Below, piece after piece: positions 54,814-64,000 of a stretch of 64,000 nucleotides of DNA. The translations under genes were made by a program, and so were the position numbers. The notes below the pieces were generated by a model that searched no databases, was not told where the DNA came from, and was given only the letters and a program-made list of their open reading frames with translations. How positions within the stretch are numbered: the first letter of the stretch is position 1; each line of letters begins with the position of its first letter. This DNA comes from a bacterium (lineage in GTDB: Bacteria > Patescibacteriota > Dojkabacteria > JAKAPS01 > JAJZLI01), in contig JAJYFR010000001.1 of NCBI GenBank assembly GCA_021785355.1, positions 199,096 to 263,095 on the forward strand. The letters are read 5' to 3'.

Positions 54814-55306
54814 TTTTTATATATTCTATACTCTTAGAAATTATTTTTTGTTTTTCCTTCTCATCTATAAGATTTGATAAAGCTTTCTGTGTTGTAATCA
54901 CAACCAAATCTAAAATTTCTTTTTTTAAATTTTCATACATTTGATCATGAAATTTCTGAGCTTCTTTTTCTGATTCTTCTAAAATCTTTTTACTTTCTTT
55001 TTTTGTTAAAGATAACATTTCTGATCTTATATTTTCTGCTGCTTCTTTTGCTTTTTCTATAATATCTTCACTCTCTTTTTGAGTCTCTATCATTTTATCT
55101 CTATAAATCTTTTCCATTTCTTCTTTCTTTTCTTCTATTATTTTACTATTTTCCAAAGATACTTTAATTTCATTTTCTCTATCTTCTAAAATTTTAAGTA
55201 TTTTTTTAAAAAGAAATCTTTGAAGAACATACAAGATTATAAAAAAATCTATAGTATAAAAGATTATATATGACCAATTGACTCTAAATAGTGTTAAAAA
55301 ATTCAT
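54803..55306 (-). CDS. atpF: ATP synthase b
   Basis: N-terminal TM, LEDRENEI, long charged helix. Confidence 0.9.
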   Translation of the reverse strand: MNFLTLFRVNWSYIIFYTIDFFIILYVLQRFLFKKILKILEDRENEIKVSLENSKIIEEKKEEMEKIYRDKMIETQKESEDIIEKAKEAAENIRSEMLSLTKKESKKILEESEKEAQKFHDQMYENLKKEILDLVVITTQKALSNLIDEKEKQKIISKSIEYIKNEK

Positions 55307-55312
55307 ATTTTT

Positions 55313-55531
<219 letters not shown>

Positions 55532-55532
55532 T

Positions 55533-55540
55533 CACCTCCT
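55533..55540 (-). promoter_or_regulatory. Strong Shine-Dalgarno of atpE
   Basis: AGGAGGTG 7 nt upstream of the atpE ATG. Confidence 0.8.
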
Positions 55541-55545
55541 TTTTT

Positions 55546-56292
55546 TTAAATTAATTCTTCTTTACTTGTTAATAAAGACATAAATGTTAATGTAAGCATA
55601 GCAAATATACCTGCTTGTATTATACATACAAGTATCTCAAATGCAAGAAATGGCAATGGTGCAAAATATGGACCAGCCATCTTTAAGAACAAAAGAATTA
55701 TAACATCTCCTGCATATATATTTCCATACAACCTGAATGATAGAGAAATTACTTTTGTAAATTCTGATATTATTTCAAATATCCCATATATTATATTAAT
55801 AGGTTTTGTAAAATTAAAATATCTTTTTAAATGCCCTTTGAATCCTAGTTCTTTAAATGCTAGATACTGAGTTATTATTACAGATATTAGAGTTAATGCA
55901 ATAGTACTATTTAAATCCGAATTTGCCGCTCTGAACAAAGGGACATAACTACCAGCAGAATTCTTTATTTGAAGAGAAATGATTCCAAATAAAGGAATGA
56001 TTTCAAATAAATTATTAAGTAGAATTAGTACAAAAAAAGTCATAACCCAAGGAAAGAATATTCCAATTTTTCTTTTATCTCCTTCTGTTTGTTCACTCAT
56101 AAAATCAATAACAAAATTTATTAATAGTTCTATTAAACTTTGAATTTTAGATGGAATAACGGATATTCTGGAAGATAGAAAAAATACACCCAACAAAATT
56201 ATGAGTGATACTACAATGGAGGTAATAACAGTATTTGTTACTAGGAATCCATAGAATTTAAAAAGTATTTCTGGTGCTTTAGGTACAAACAT
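55546..56292 (-). CDS. atpB: ATP synthase a
   Basis: PSKIQ, RAANSDLN, SLSFRLYGNIYAG, IQAGIFAML. Confidence 0.95.
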   Translation of the reverse strand: MFVPKAPEILFKFYGFLVTNTVITSIVVSLIILLGVFFLSSRISVIPSKIQSLIELLINFVIDFMSEQTEGDKRKIGIFFPWVMTFFVLILLNNLFEIIPLFGIISLQIKNSAGSYVPLFRAANSDLNSTIALTLISVIITQYLAFKELGFKGHLKRYFNFTKPINIIYGIFEIISEFTKVISLSFRLYGNIYAGDVIILLFLKMAGPYFAPLPFLAFEILVCIIQAGIFAMLTLTFMSLLTSKEELI

Positions 56293-56366
56293 TTACTGGT
56301 ACATTATATACAAAAAAATCTTATATTTGCAAATATATTATGCTTATATAGATGAATTTTTATATA

Positions 56367-56891
56367 TTATAATTTTAAAGATGAAGCTTCTAATTGTTCT
56401 TCTAAAGATATATCACTATCTTTTTTTAAAACTGTTATTTCTATAGGATTTCCTTCTGGAGAAACTTGCATTATTTCTATAGATTTTCCTTCATTATTTA
56501 TCATTAATACATATGTAGGTGTATTAGATTGAAGATAAGTTGCATAATCTTTAATGGCATCGTCTACAAATTTAGAAGAAAATTCTCTTCCATCTATATT
56601 AATAGGAGAACCATCCTTATTTGTAAAATTAACATACACTAATGCTTTTAAATCCTCTCTTATATTTCTTTCTGCACTATTTTCATCATAAATTAATTTA
56701 TCTCTATGTACAAATTGAAAAAGAGTTGGTTCTGATACTTCTGAAAAATTTAATTCATTATCATCTGAATATATAGCAAAAACAGACATTTTTTCATTCT
56801 CTACTAATTCTCTAAAAGTAGAGTCATTTACTATTTTTAGTATTTTATCTTTTTCACTTATATTGTCTTCTATATTATATTGTTCTCTCAT
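56367..56891 (-). CDS. Hypothetical acidic protein
   Basis: 174-aa ORF filling an intergenic space; no motif recognised. Confidence 0.55.
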   Translation of the reverse strand: MREQYNIEDNISEKDKILKIVNDSTFRELVENEKMSVFAIYSDDNELNFSEVSEPTLFQFVHRDKLIYDENSAERNIREDLKALVYVNFTNKDGSPINIDGREFSSKFVDDAIKDYATYLQSNTPTYVLMINNEGKSIEIMQVSPEGNPIEITVLKKDSDISLEEQLEASSLKL

Positions 56892-56973
56892 ATTTTTAAA
56901 TCTTTATTAATTAAATATTATACTATATAGCTTGTGTTTATAACTAAAAAAATATAAAAAGTATATATAATTT

Positions 56974-57993
56974 TTAATTATATAAATTAATAGTTTTTAC
57001 TAATTGATTATATATATATAGATCTCCTGTATTATTAGGATGTAGTTGATCAGAATTAAAAGAATTAGGTATATTTGATAAATTATTAAGATTTATATAA
57101 GGTATTCCGTATTGGTTAGCAAGTCCAATTATTATTTTATTGAATTCTATCAATCTTTGATTTGAACCTGCACTGAAACCTGATACGTTCCAATCTTTAA
57201 TAGGAGGAAGTTCAAAGAGTATTAAAGTTCTCTGAGGAGAAGGATTTATATCAGATATTATTTGTATCATATTATTTTTATAGTCAAGAGATGTTATTGT
57301 TGGGTTATTTTTTGTTCCTATTCTTATATCATTTGCTCCTATCATCAATGTTACTAATTGAGGATTTTCACTTTGTAGTTCACTCTCTATTCTTGAAAGT
57401 AGATCATAAGTAGTATTACCTCCTACTCCTTGGTTATATGATACAGTACCTTCTTTATTTTTGAGATATTGAGATACTCTATCAAAATAAGATGTTGTTG
57501 TTTCAAATCCTTGAGTAATACTATCTCCAAATGCAGTATAAGTAGAATATTTTGAATGTGGTGATATTACAAGTGAGTTAAATATTGAATTTTGAGTACT
57601 CAGAATAAGTTTATTAGTTTGATATATAGTTTGTCCTTGATTATTTACAACAAGAATTTGATAAGTATATTGAGCATATGGTACTAGTCCTGTATCAAGA
57701 TAAGAATGTGTATTTGAATTAAATTTAGTGAAATACTCTCCATCCCTTAATAAAACATAGCTGTACTGAGTATTATTAAATGAATTTCCCCACATTATTG
57801 ATATGCTATTCTCAATCTTATTATTTTCAGGATAAATGTTTAATTGAATATTCTGATTTGAAATTAATTGTTTAGAGTAGATTTTACTAAATAAGGGTAA
57901 TATTGTTAATATAATAAAGGATATAAATATCCCAAACCCTATACCAGATAATCTTTGTAAAATTATTTTTTTATATTCTTTATTAAGTTCCAT
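56974..57993 (-). CDS. Membrane-anchored FN3 + SGNH/GDSL hydrolase
   Basis: TM; FN3 motif YLDTGLVPYAQYTYQI; SGNH blocks FGDSIT, GVGG, GAND, DQLHPN. Confidence 0.88.
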   Translation of the reverse strand: MELNKEYKKIILQRLSGIGFGIFISFIILTILPLFSKIYSKQLISNQNIQLNIYPENNKIENSISIMWGNSFNNTQYSYVLLRDGEYFTKFNSNTHSYLDTGLVPYAQYTYQILVVNNQGQTIYQTNKLILSTQNSIFNSLVISPHSKYSTYTAFGDSITQGFETTTSYFDRVSQYLKNKEGTVSYNQGVGGNTTYDLLSRIESELQSENPQLVTLMIGANDIRIGTKNNPTITSLDYKNNMIQIISDINPSPQRTLILFELPPIKDWNVSGFSAGSNQRLIEFNKIIIGLANQYGIPYINLNNLSNIPNSFNSDQLHPNNTGDLYIYNQLVKTINLYN

Positions 57994-58090
57994 TATATCT
58001 TTATTATTTAAGGAGATTGTATCATTTTTTTTATTTTCAATCTATACTTATTGGTTTATAATAGAGATGATAATTTAGATATAGTTAAAG

Positions 58091-58696
58091 ATGAATATTT
58101 TTTGGAAATTTATAAGAAAGGTATATTTTAAAATTCTTTGGGAAATTGATGTTACTGATGATATGGATAGAACAGTTAGAAAATTAAGAGACAAGGGTTT
58201 TGATATAGGAGATAATGTTTTTCTAGATCATGTGAGTATTGAAGAGAATTATCCTGAATTTTTGAAAATTGAGGACAATGTAACTATTGCTTATGGAACC
58301 AGGATACTTCTACATGATAGTGCTTTGAATAACTTATATGGAGATCCTGTTAGATTTGGAAAAGTTTTGATTAAAGAGGGTGCTTATATAGGATCAGAAT
58401 GCTTAATTATGCCAGGAGTTTCAGTGGGTAAAAATGCTTTAGTAGGTGCACGATCATTAGTAACAAAGAATGTTGAAGATAACACTGTAGTTATAGGTTC
58501 TCCTGCAAAATTTTATATGAGTATAGATGAGTACAGAAAGAAATTTCTAAAGGATATTTCAAAAGATAATTATTATTATTGGAATATAGAACCTTTTATG
58601 AAAAGATTAAAAAGAAAAAATTGGCAAGAAGAAGAAAAATCTTCTTATTTAAGATTTTTGAAAGAAAATTCAATTAAATCAGAGAAATCCAAATAG
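58091..58696 (+). CDS. Hexapeptide-repeat acyltransferase
   Basis: IGDNV, IEDNVTI, HD, IMPGVSVGKNALVGARSLVTKNV, GSPA. Confidence 0.88.
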   Translation: MNIFWKFIRKVYFKILWEIDVTDDMDRTVRKLRDKGFDIGDNVFLDHVSIEENYPEFLKIEDNVTIAYGTRILLHDSALNNLYGDPVRFGKVLIKEGAYIGSECLIMPGVSVGKNALVGARSLVTKNVEDNTVVIGSPAKFYMSIDEYRKKFLKDISKDNYYYWNIEPFMKRLKRKNWQEEEKSSYLRFLKENSIKSEKSK

Positions 58697-59768
58697 AAAC
58701 TAAAGCTAAAATAAAAGAAAATAGCCAAAAACGCATTACTATTTTTTCTTCACTCCATCCTTTTATTTCAAAATGGTGATGTAATGGAGCCATTAAGAAA
58801 ACTTTTTTATTAAAATATTTTTTAGATATTTTTTGAATTATTACAGATAGAGTTTCAACTACAAATATGCCACCTACTATTAAAAGTATTAATTCTTTTT
58901 GAAGAATAATTGATGTAACTGCGAGTAAAGAACCCAATCCTAATGTTCCTATATCCCCTATTTCAACTCTAGCTGGCTTTATATTGAAATACAAGTATGT
59001 TATAAGTGACCCTATAACAGTTCCACATAAAATAGCAATACTTTCATTATGTTCTATTAGAGATATAACCATAAAAGTGAAAAAGGAAGCTATCATTACC
59101 CCTGTAGATAGACCATCTAATCCATCGGTAATATTTACAGCATTGGCTGTTGATATTATGATGATAAATATTAGAGGTATTATCCATAAACCTATATTGA
59201 TATATATATTAGACCATATCCAAATACTATGAATATGTAAATAAAAATATATATAGTAAGAGACAATAGCTCCTTCAATCATTTGTATCAAGATTCTTTC
59301 ATGAGGATATAGCCCTGTTCCGTACCTGGATCCTATTGAATTAAATATTCCTTTATAAAAAGCCCAAGGTATACTGATAGTATAGAGAATTCTTTTTGAA
59401 ATATTTTTATGATTAAGTGCTAATTTAACATGATGTTTGAAACTTGTGAATTTCCTTCTTTTTTTCCCAAATATATTCAAAAGATCATCGATTGCTCCAA
59501 GCAGGGATCCTATAATGAATATTAATATAGGAACTTGAGTATATTTATTCCAATTAAATAAAATAGTTATGAAAAAGACACTTATAATGATAATAATGCC
59601 ACCCATCATAGGAACTCCTATTTTACTCAATCTTTTTTTTATTTTAAATGTATCATCTGCACCTCTACCTCTTAATATTTTAAATTCATATAAAAGATCT
59701 ATAATAAAAGGTGCTATTAAAAATGAAACTAATATAGAAAGAATTATAAATGTAAAAGTTGCTAACAT
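58674..59768 (-). CDS. mraY: Phospho-MurNAc-pentapeptide transferase
   Basis: PMMGG, DD, NAVNITDGLDGL, FN..PA...GDIG, FLMAPLHHHFE. Confidence 0.93.
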   Translation of the reverse strand: MLATFTFIILSILVSFLIAPFIIDLLYEFKILRGRGADDTFKIKKRLSKIGVPMMGGIIIIISVFFITILFNWNKYTQVPILIFIIGSLLGAIDDLLNIFGKKRRKFTSFKHHVKLALNHKNISKRILYTISIPWAFYKGIFNSIGSRYGTGLYPHERILIQMIEGAIVSYYIYFYLHIHSIWIWSNIYINIGLWIIPLIFIIIISTANAVNITDGLDGLSTGVMIASFFTFMVISLIEHNESIAILCGTVIGSLITYLYFNIKPARVEIGDIGTLGLGSLLAVTSIILQKELILLIVGGIFVVETLSVIIQKISKKYFNKKVFLMAPLHHHFEIKGWSEEKIVMRFWLFSFILALVSIWISLI

Positions 59769-59772
59769 AAAT

Positions 59773-60480
59773 TTATTGTAATAATTTTAATCGTCTGATT
59801 CCATTAGAGTTTATCTTTTTTTTAAAAAGATATAAAGGTTTATATAATGCTCCATTTATGTCTTTCCAATATTGATCTTTTAAAGGTAATTTTACATTTT
59901 TTATTATTATTTCACTTTCACATACACCTTTCTTTTCTGTAGATTGCCAATATTTTATTTTACTTACATTTTTTCCTTTATATTCGATTTCAGATATTAT
60001 AGCTATATGAGCACCTCCGTTCATTCTTATAAGATCTCCAGGTCTAATATCATTAATCTTGTCTATTTTTATAGTATTAATATTATTAGTTAATGTTTCA
60101 GAATTTAATTTAGATTTTATAGGTGTAAATTTGTAAGAAATAAAATATCTAAATGGATTTAATGTTGTTTTTTTTATAATATCATATATATTTTTATTTA
60201 TTTTTTTTTGAGAATATGCATTTAATATGTAAGATACAAATCCAGAACAATCAATTCCAATATTTTCTTTTTTTAAGAAATCGTATCTTTTTTTTGATGT
60301 AATTTTCTTTTGAAATTTTGAATATATATAATCATTTATTTCTTTAGGTGAAGCCTTTCCTGATTCTAAATGAGATTTAAATTTACTCTTACTTTTATTT
60401 ATATAGTAAGGTGTAAATTTATAAGAATTAAAGACATCAAAACATTCTTTTGGTAATTTTTTAACCTTAATTTTATCCAT
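59773..60480 (-). CDS. NlpC/P60-like cysteine peptidase
   Basis: GIDCSGFV, IRPGDLI, HIAII; no signal peptide seen. Confidence 0.8.
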   Translation of the reverse strand: MDKIKVKKLPKECFDVFNSYKFTPYYINKSKSKFKSHLESGKASPKEINDYIYSKFQKKITSKKRYDFLKKENIGIDCSGFVSYILNAYSQKKINKNIYDIIKKTTLNPFRYFISYKFTPIKSKLNSETLTNNINTIKIDKINDIRPGDLIRMNGGAHIAIISEIEYKGKNVSKIKYWQSTEKKGVCESEIIIKNVKLPLKDQYWKDINGALYKPLYLFKKKINSNGIRRLKLLQ

Positions 60481-60490
60481 ATAGCTAAAT

Positions 60491-60519
60491 ATTATAAGAT
60501 TAAAGTGGGTTTATGTCAA
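60491..60519 (-). promoter_or_regulatory. Consensus sigma70 promoter for nlpC-mraY
   Basis: Minus strand TTGACA-17bp-TATAAT, 10 nt before ATG 60480. Confidence 0.8.
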
Positions 60520-60526
60520 ATAATGA

Positions 60527-61663
60527 TTATTGATTCCAAAGAGGACTATCTATATTTTTTAATATTTTTTCTTGTTCTTTAAAATCATAAATTGCAGAAT
60601 CTATCATTTTATCTATCATTTCTTCAAAAGGGATTCCTTTTGCCTCCCACAGATAATATGAAAGTGATCCTGGTATAGTATTTATTTCTATAGTGTAGAA
60701 TGTATCATTTTTAACATCTACTAAATAATCTATTCTAACCAAACTTTGAGAGTTTAATACTTCATATATCTTAAAACTTGCCTCTTTAATTCTGTCATCT
60801 AGTTTTTTAGATATATTTGCTGGAATATTTTTTCTTTCTGCAGACATTCCTTCTGCTTTATTCTTTTTTCCACCTTGAAGATATTTATTTTCATAACTAT
60901 ATATTTTGTCTAAATCTTTTTCTATTTCTTCTGAGAGTGAAATCAAAATATTATTTTTTTCTTTTATTAAAGAATAAGTTATTTCAACAACTTTATCTTT
61001 GAATTTTTCTATTATTATATTATTATCATAAAGAATATCTGAATCTATTATTTCTTCTAAATCTTCATCATTTGATACTTTTTTGACTCCTATACTAGAT
61101 CCCATAGATGATGGTTTTATGATTAAAGGATATTCATGAAATTTCTTTATTTTTTTTATTACATCTTTTTTATTCTCTAACCATTCATTTTTTGTTATAT
61201 ACATCCAAGGTAATATTTCAATATTATTTTTTTCTAAAATATATTTCATTACTATCTTGTCTATTCCGTATACAGCTCCTTTGATATTTGGACCTGTATA
61301 TGGAATTTTTAATGTATTTAAAAATCCTTGAATATCACCACTCTCTCCTTCTCCTCCGTGAAAAGTAAGTAAAGCTGCATCTACTTTTTTCAATTTTATA
61401 AATTTATTTAAATATATATTAACCTCTCCTTTTTTTAATCTTATTTCAATATTATATTTTTTAAGTTCTATAAAGTCTTTGAATTCTTTGAAGGTTTCAA
61501 ATTCAGGTATATATTTAAATTGATGTTCTTTATCTAGATATATTGGAAATATATTATATTTATCTCTATTTATTTTTTTTAATATTTGTTTTGCAGAAAT
61601 TATAGATACTTCATGCTCTGGTGATTCTCCTCCAAATAAAAGTAATATATTTTTTTTATCCAT
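60527..61663 (-). CDS. ddl: D-alanine-D-alanine ligase
   Basis: FGGESPEHEVS, HGGEGESG, GSSIG, YSYENKY, RID, EINTIPG. Confidence 0.93.
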   Translation of the reverse strand: MDKKNILLLFGGESPEHEVSIISAKQILKKINRDKYNIFPIYLDKEHQFKYIPEFETFKEFKDFIELKKYNIEIRLKKGEVNIYLNKFIKLKKVDAALLTFHGGEGESGDIQGFLNTLKIPYTGPNIKGAVYGIDKIVMKYILEKNNIEILPWMYITKNEWLENKKDVIKKIKKFHEYPLIIKPSSMGSSIGVKKVSNDEDLEEIIDSDILYDNNIIIEKFKDKVVEITYSLIKEKNNILISLSEEIEKDLDKIYSYENKYLQGGKKNKAEGMSAERKNIPANISKKLDDRIKEASFKIYEVLNSQSLVRIDYLVDVKNDTFYTIEINTIPGSLSYYLWEAKGIPFEEMIDKMIDSAIYDFKEQEKILKNIDSPLWNQ

Positions 61664-63055
61664 TTAATTATTATTTTTAAAATAATACTGATCAGTTATT
61701 TCATTTTGCATTAATATACAATCACCTTTAATGAAGATTTTTTTATATCCTTCGAATTCTTTATAATTTTTTATTTCAATAATTTTACTTTTATTTTTTA
61801 TACCATATTTTATGTATTTTTTATAGGGAGTATCAAAAATAAATACTTTTTCTACTACGCTTTCTATTAATGTTCCATATTTTTCATTTACACTCTCAGA
61901 TTCTTTTCCTCTCTCAACAATACCTCCTGTAACTAAAAATATTCTTTTATATATGTTTTTAATTTTCATATCATTTAGATATTCTAATGTTTTTTTTGCA
62001 CTTTCTTCTCCTATATTGTATGTATCATCTATATATAGAATACCTTCTTCTAATATTGGATACATTCTTCTTTCACTAGGTTCTATTAAATTAATTTTAC
62101 CTTGTATATTCCTTATTTCAAAAATCTCTGCACATGTTATTGCTAAAGATAAGTTTCCTATCATTGCATATCCTAATAAATCAGTGTAATAAGTATTTTT
62201 ATTTATAGAGAAATATGTTTTTTTGTTTTCAAAATTTTTAATATCATACTCTACTTTAATATATTTTTTATTTTTATCAAATTTTATTTCTACTCCATAT
62301 TTAGAGAATGGATAATCATATATTTCTTTAAGTGCAATAACAATGGAATCTTTTTTTGCATAATCTATTATTTCTTCTCCCGCCTTTATTATATTGGTAA
62401 TGCTTTTAAATCTTTCTAAATGTTGAGTGCCTATGGATGTTATTATAGATATATCTGCTGGATAATTTTTCATTACCTCTCTTATCTCCCCTCTTTTGTA
62501 GGCTCCAACTTCTAGAATTAATATTTGAGTGTTATTCTTTAGGTTATCATTTATCTTTTTTGATATACCTAAAAGTGTATTAATACTTTTTCCAGGGCTG
62601 AATACAATATAATCTTTTTCTAATAGTGTTTTTATAAAATTAGTTGTACTAGTTTTTCCATAGCTTCCTGTTATTGCAATTATTTTTATATCTTTTATTT
62701 TAGAAATCTTTCTTTTAGCCTTATATACAATATATTTTTTTAATATAAAATCAATTGGATACAATATCATATAGGAAATAAGAATATAGTAAGCTGTAAG
62801 AATGTATACAAAAATTATAGCTATAAGAAAATATATAATATTGAAATAGAAAATAGATATTGTAAATATCTGTAATATTAAAGTTATTATTATGAGAGCT
62901 TTTATTTTTATTGTATATTCAATTTTTTCTTTGTATTCATATTTCTTAAAAATCATATCAAACCTATTTATATAGGATGAAAAATCTTTAATTGAATATT
63001 CAAAACTTTGTAATATATGTATTAATTTTATTAAGTATATGTTGTCCAATTTCAT
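61664..63055 (-). CDS. murF: MurF-type Mur ligase with N-terminal membrane segments
   Basis: ITGSYGKTS, EVGAY, HLERF, DDTYN; adjacent to ddl. Confidence 0.85.
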   Translation of the reverse strand: MKLDNIYLIKLIHILQSFEYSIKDFSSYINRFDMIFKKYEYKEKIEYTIKIKALIIITLILQIFTISIFYFNIIYFLIAIIFVYILTAYYILISYMILYPIDFILKKYIVYKAKRKISKIKDIKIIAITGSYGKTSTTNFIKTLLEKDYIVFSPGKSINTLLGISKKINDNLKNNTQILILEVGAYKRGEIREVMKNYPADISIITSIGTQHLERFKSITNIIKAGEEIIDYAKKDSIVIALKEIYDYPFSKYGVEIKFDKNKKYIKVEYDIKNFENKKTYFSINKNTYYTDLLGYAMIGNLSLAITCAEIFEIRNIQGKINLIEPSERRMYPILEEGILYIDDTYNIGEESAKKTLEYLNDMKIKNIYKRIFLVTGGIVERGKESESVNEKYGTLIESVVEKVFIFDTPYKKYIKYGIKNKSKIIEIKNYKEFEGYKKIFIKGDCILMQNEITDQYYFKNNN

Positions 63056-63765
63056 TTTTCTAAAAATCTATTTATATATCCTGTAAATAAATATGGATTC
63101 TCCATATGAGCGAAGTGTGTATTTCCTTTCATTATTTTTAATTCAGATTCTTTGATTTCTTTATTAATTATATATGCATTATCTAATCCTAATTCTTTAT
63201 CTTCATCACCCCAAATTATAAGAGTTGGTATAAAAATATCTTTCAATAGAGGTTCTATATTAAAATTAATTGCATTTAGAAATATATTTTTTAATTCACC
63301 TGATTCTTTATAATCTCTACTTCTTATTCTGTTTTTTATACTTTCTGGGACTATTCTTTTTAATAAAGAATAGTTTATATTATTATTTTTATTTATAATA
63401 CCTGCAGATGAAAATAATATAAGTTTGGATATTGAAATTTTATTTCTAATAGTCATATTTATAGCTATTCTCCCTCCAAATGAATGGGAAAGTATTATAA
63501 CTTTTTTAATGCCTATATCTTTTAGAAAAGTTTCAATACTATTGGAATAATCTTCGACAGTAAAATTCAAAAATTCTTTATTTATACTTTCTCCAAATCC
63601 TGGGAGATCAATACATATTATTCTATGTGATTTTTTTAATATATTAATTATATCTATCCAGCTTTCTTTATTTTGTTTCCATCCATGTAGTATCAATAAA
63701 GGTGTTTTAGAGAAATCTTCTTCTGTATCTATATAGCTTATATTATCTTTTTTTAAAGTCTTCAT
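63052..63765 (-). CDS. Alpha/beta hydrolase
   Basis: LHGW, DLPGFGES, SHSFGG, IWGDED, HFAHMENP; start moved to ATG 63765. Confidence 0.9.
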   Translation of the reverse strand: MKTLKKDNISYIDTEEDFSKTPLLILHGWKQNKESWIDIINILKKSHRIICIDLPGFGESINKEFLNFTVEDYSNSIETFLKDIGIKKVIILSHSFGGRIAINMTIRNKISISKLILFSSAGIINKNNNINYSLLKRIVPESIKNRIRSRDYKESGELKNIFLNAINFNIEPLLKDIFIPTLIIWGDEDKELGLDNAYIINKEIKESELKIMKGNTHFAHMENPYLFTGYINRFLEK

Positions 63766-64000
63766 TTTTCTTATTATATCATTATTATATGAAAGTGTGA
63801 GCAATTTTTATACTAAATAATTTAATTGAATATTTCATTAATTGGAATTTGAGATTATTTTTATTAAATTTGACTATAAAATTATAAGATTATTTATAAA
63901 ACAAACTTTTATATTTGCTATATAACATATAAGTATGCAATGTAAAGTATAGATATGTTAATATTTTTTTAGTGTATTCTTTAATAGAGTATATAGTGTA

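Noticed and set aside
63766-64000. Replication origin in the AT-rich terminal stretch
   Set aside because: No DnaA-box cluster seen; composition is like other spacers and the region is cut by the window edge

Overview
A very AT-rich (roughly three quarters A+T by eye), densely packed bacterial chromosome segment in genetic code 11 (TGA ends dcd and folD). Gene content and style suggest a Patescibacteria/CPR genome (inference). Most of it is housekeeping: pyrG-dcd-glyA-folD, ileS-rodA-ftsW-murG, mutS-mutL, uvrA/uvrB, ftsQAZ, gatCAB, dnaE, rplU-methyltransferase-rpmA-rplS-rnhB, the full atpBEFHAGDC operon, a hydrolase-murF-ddl-NlpC/P60-mraY cluster and five tRNAs. The most interesting items are: (1) a tandem duplication of a PilX-like minor pilin in which one copy carries an in-frame 1014-bp six-bladed Kelch propeller bounded by 12-bp direct repeats; (2) an IS481-like transposase remnant, missed by the ORF track, that abuts a truncated RelE/YafQ toxin just downstream of tRNA-Arg; (3) widespread leaderless or short-leader promoter architecture; (4) a catalytically degenerate Fic-HTH gene 2 bp after ftsZ; (5) a Trm11/TrmG10-like methyltransferase between rplU and rpmA. 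No rRNA, CRISPR array or reverse transcriptase was seen.
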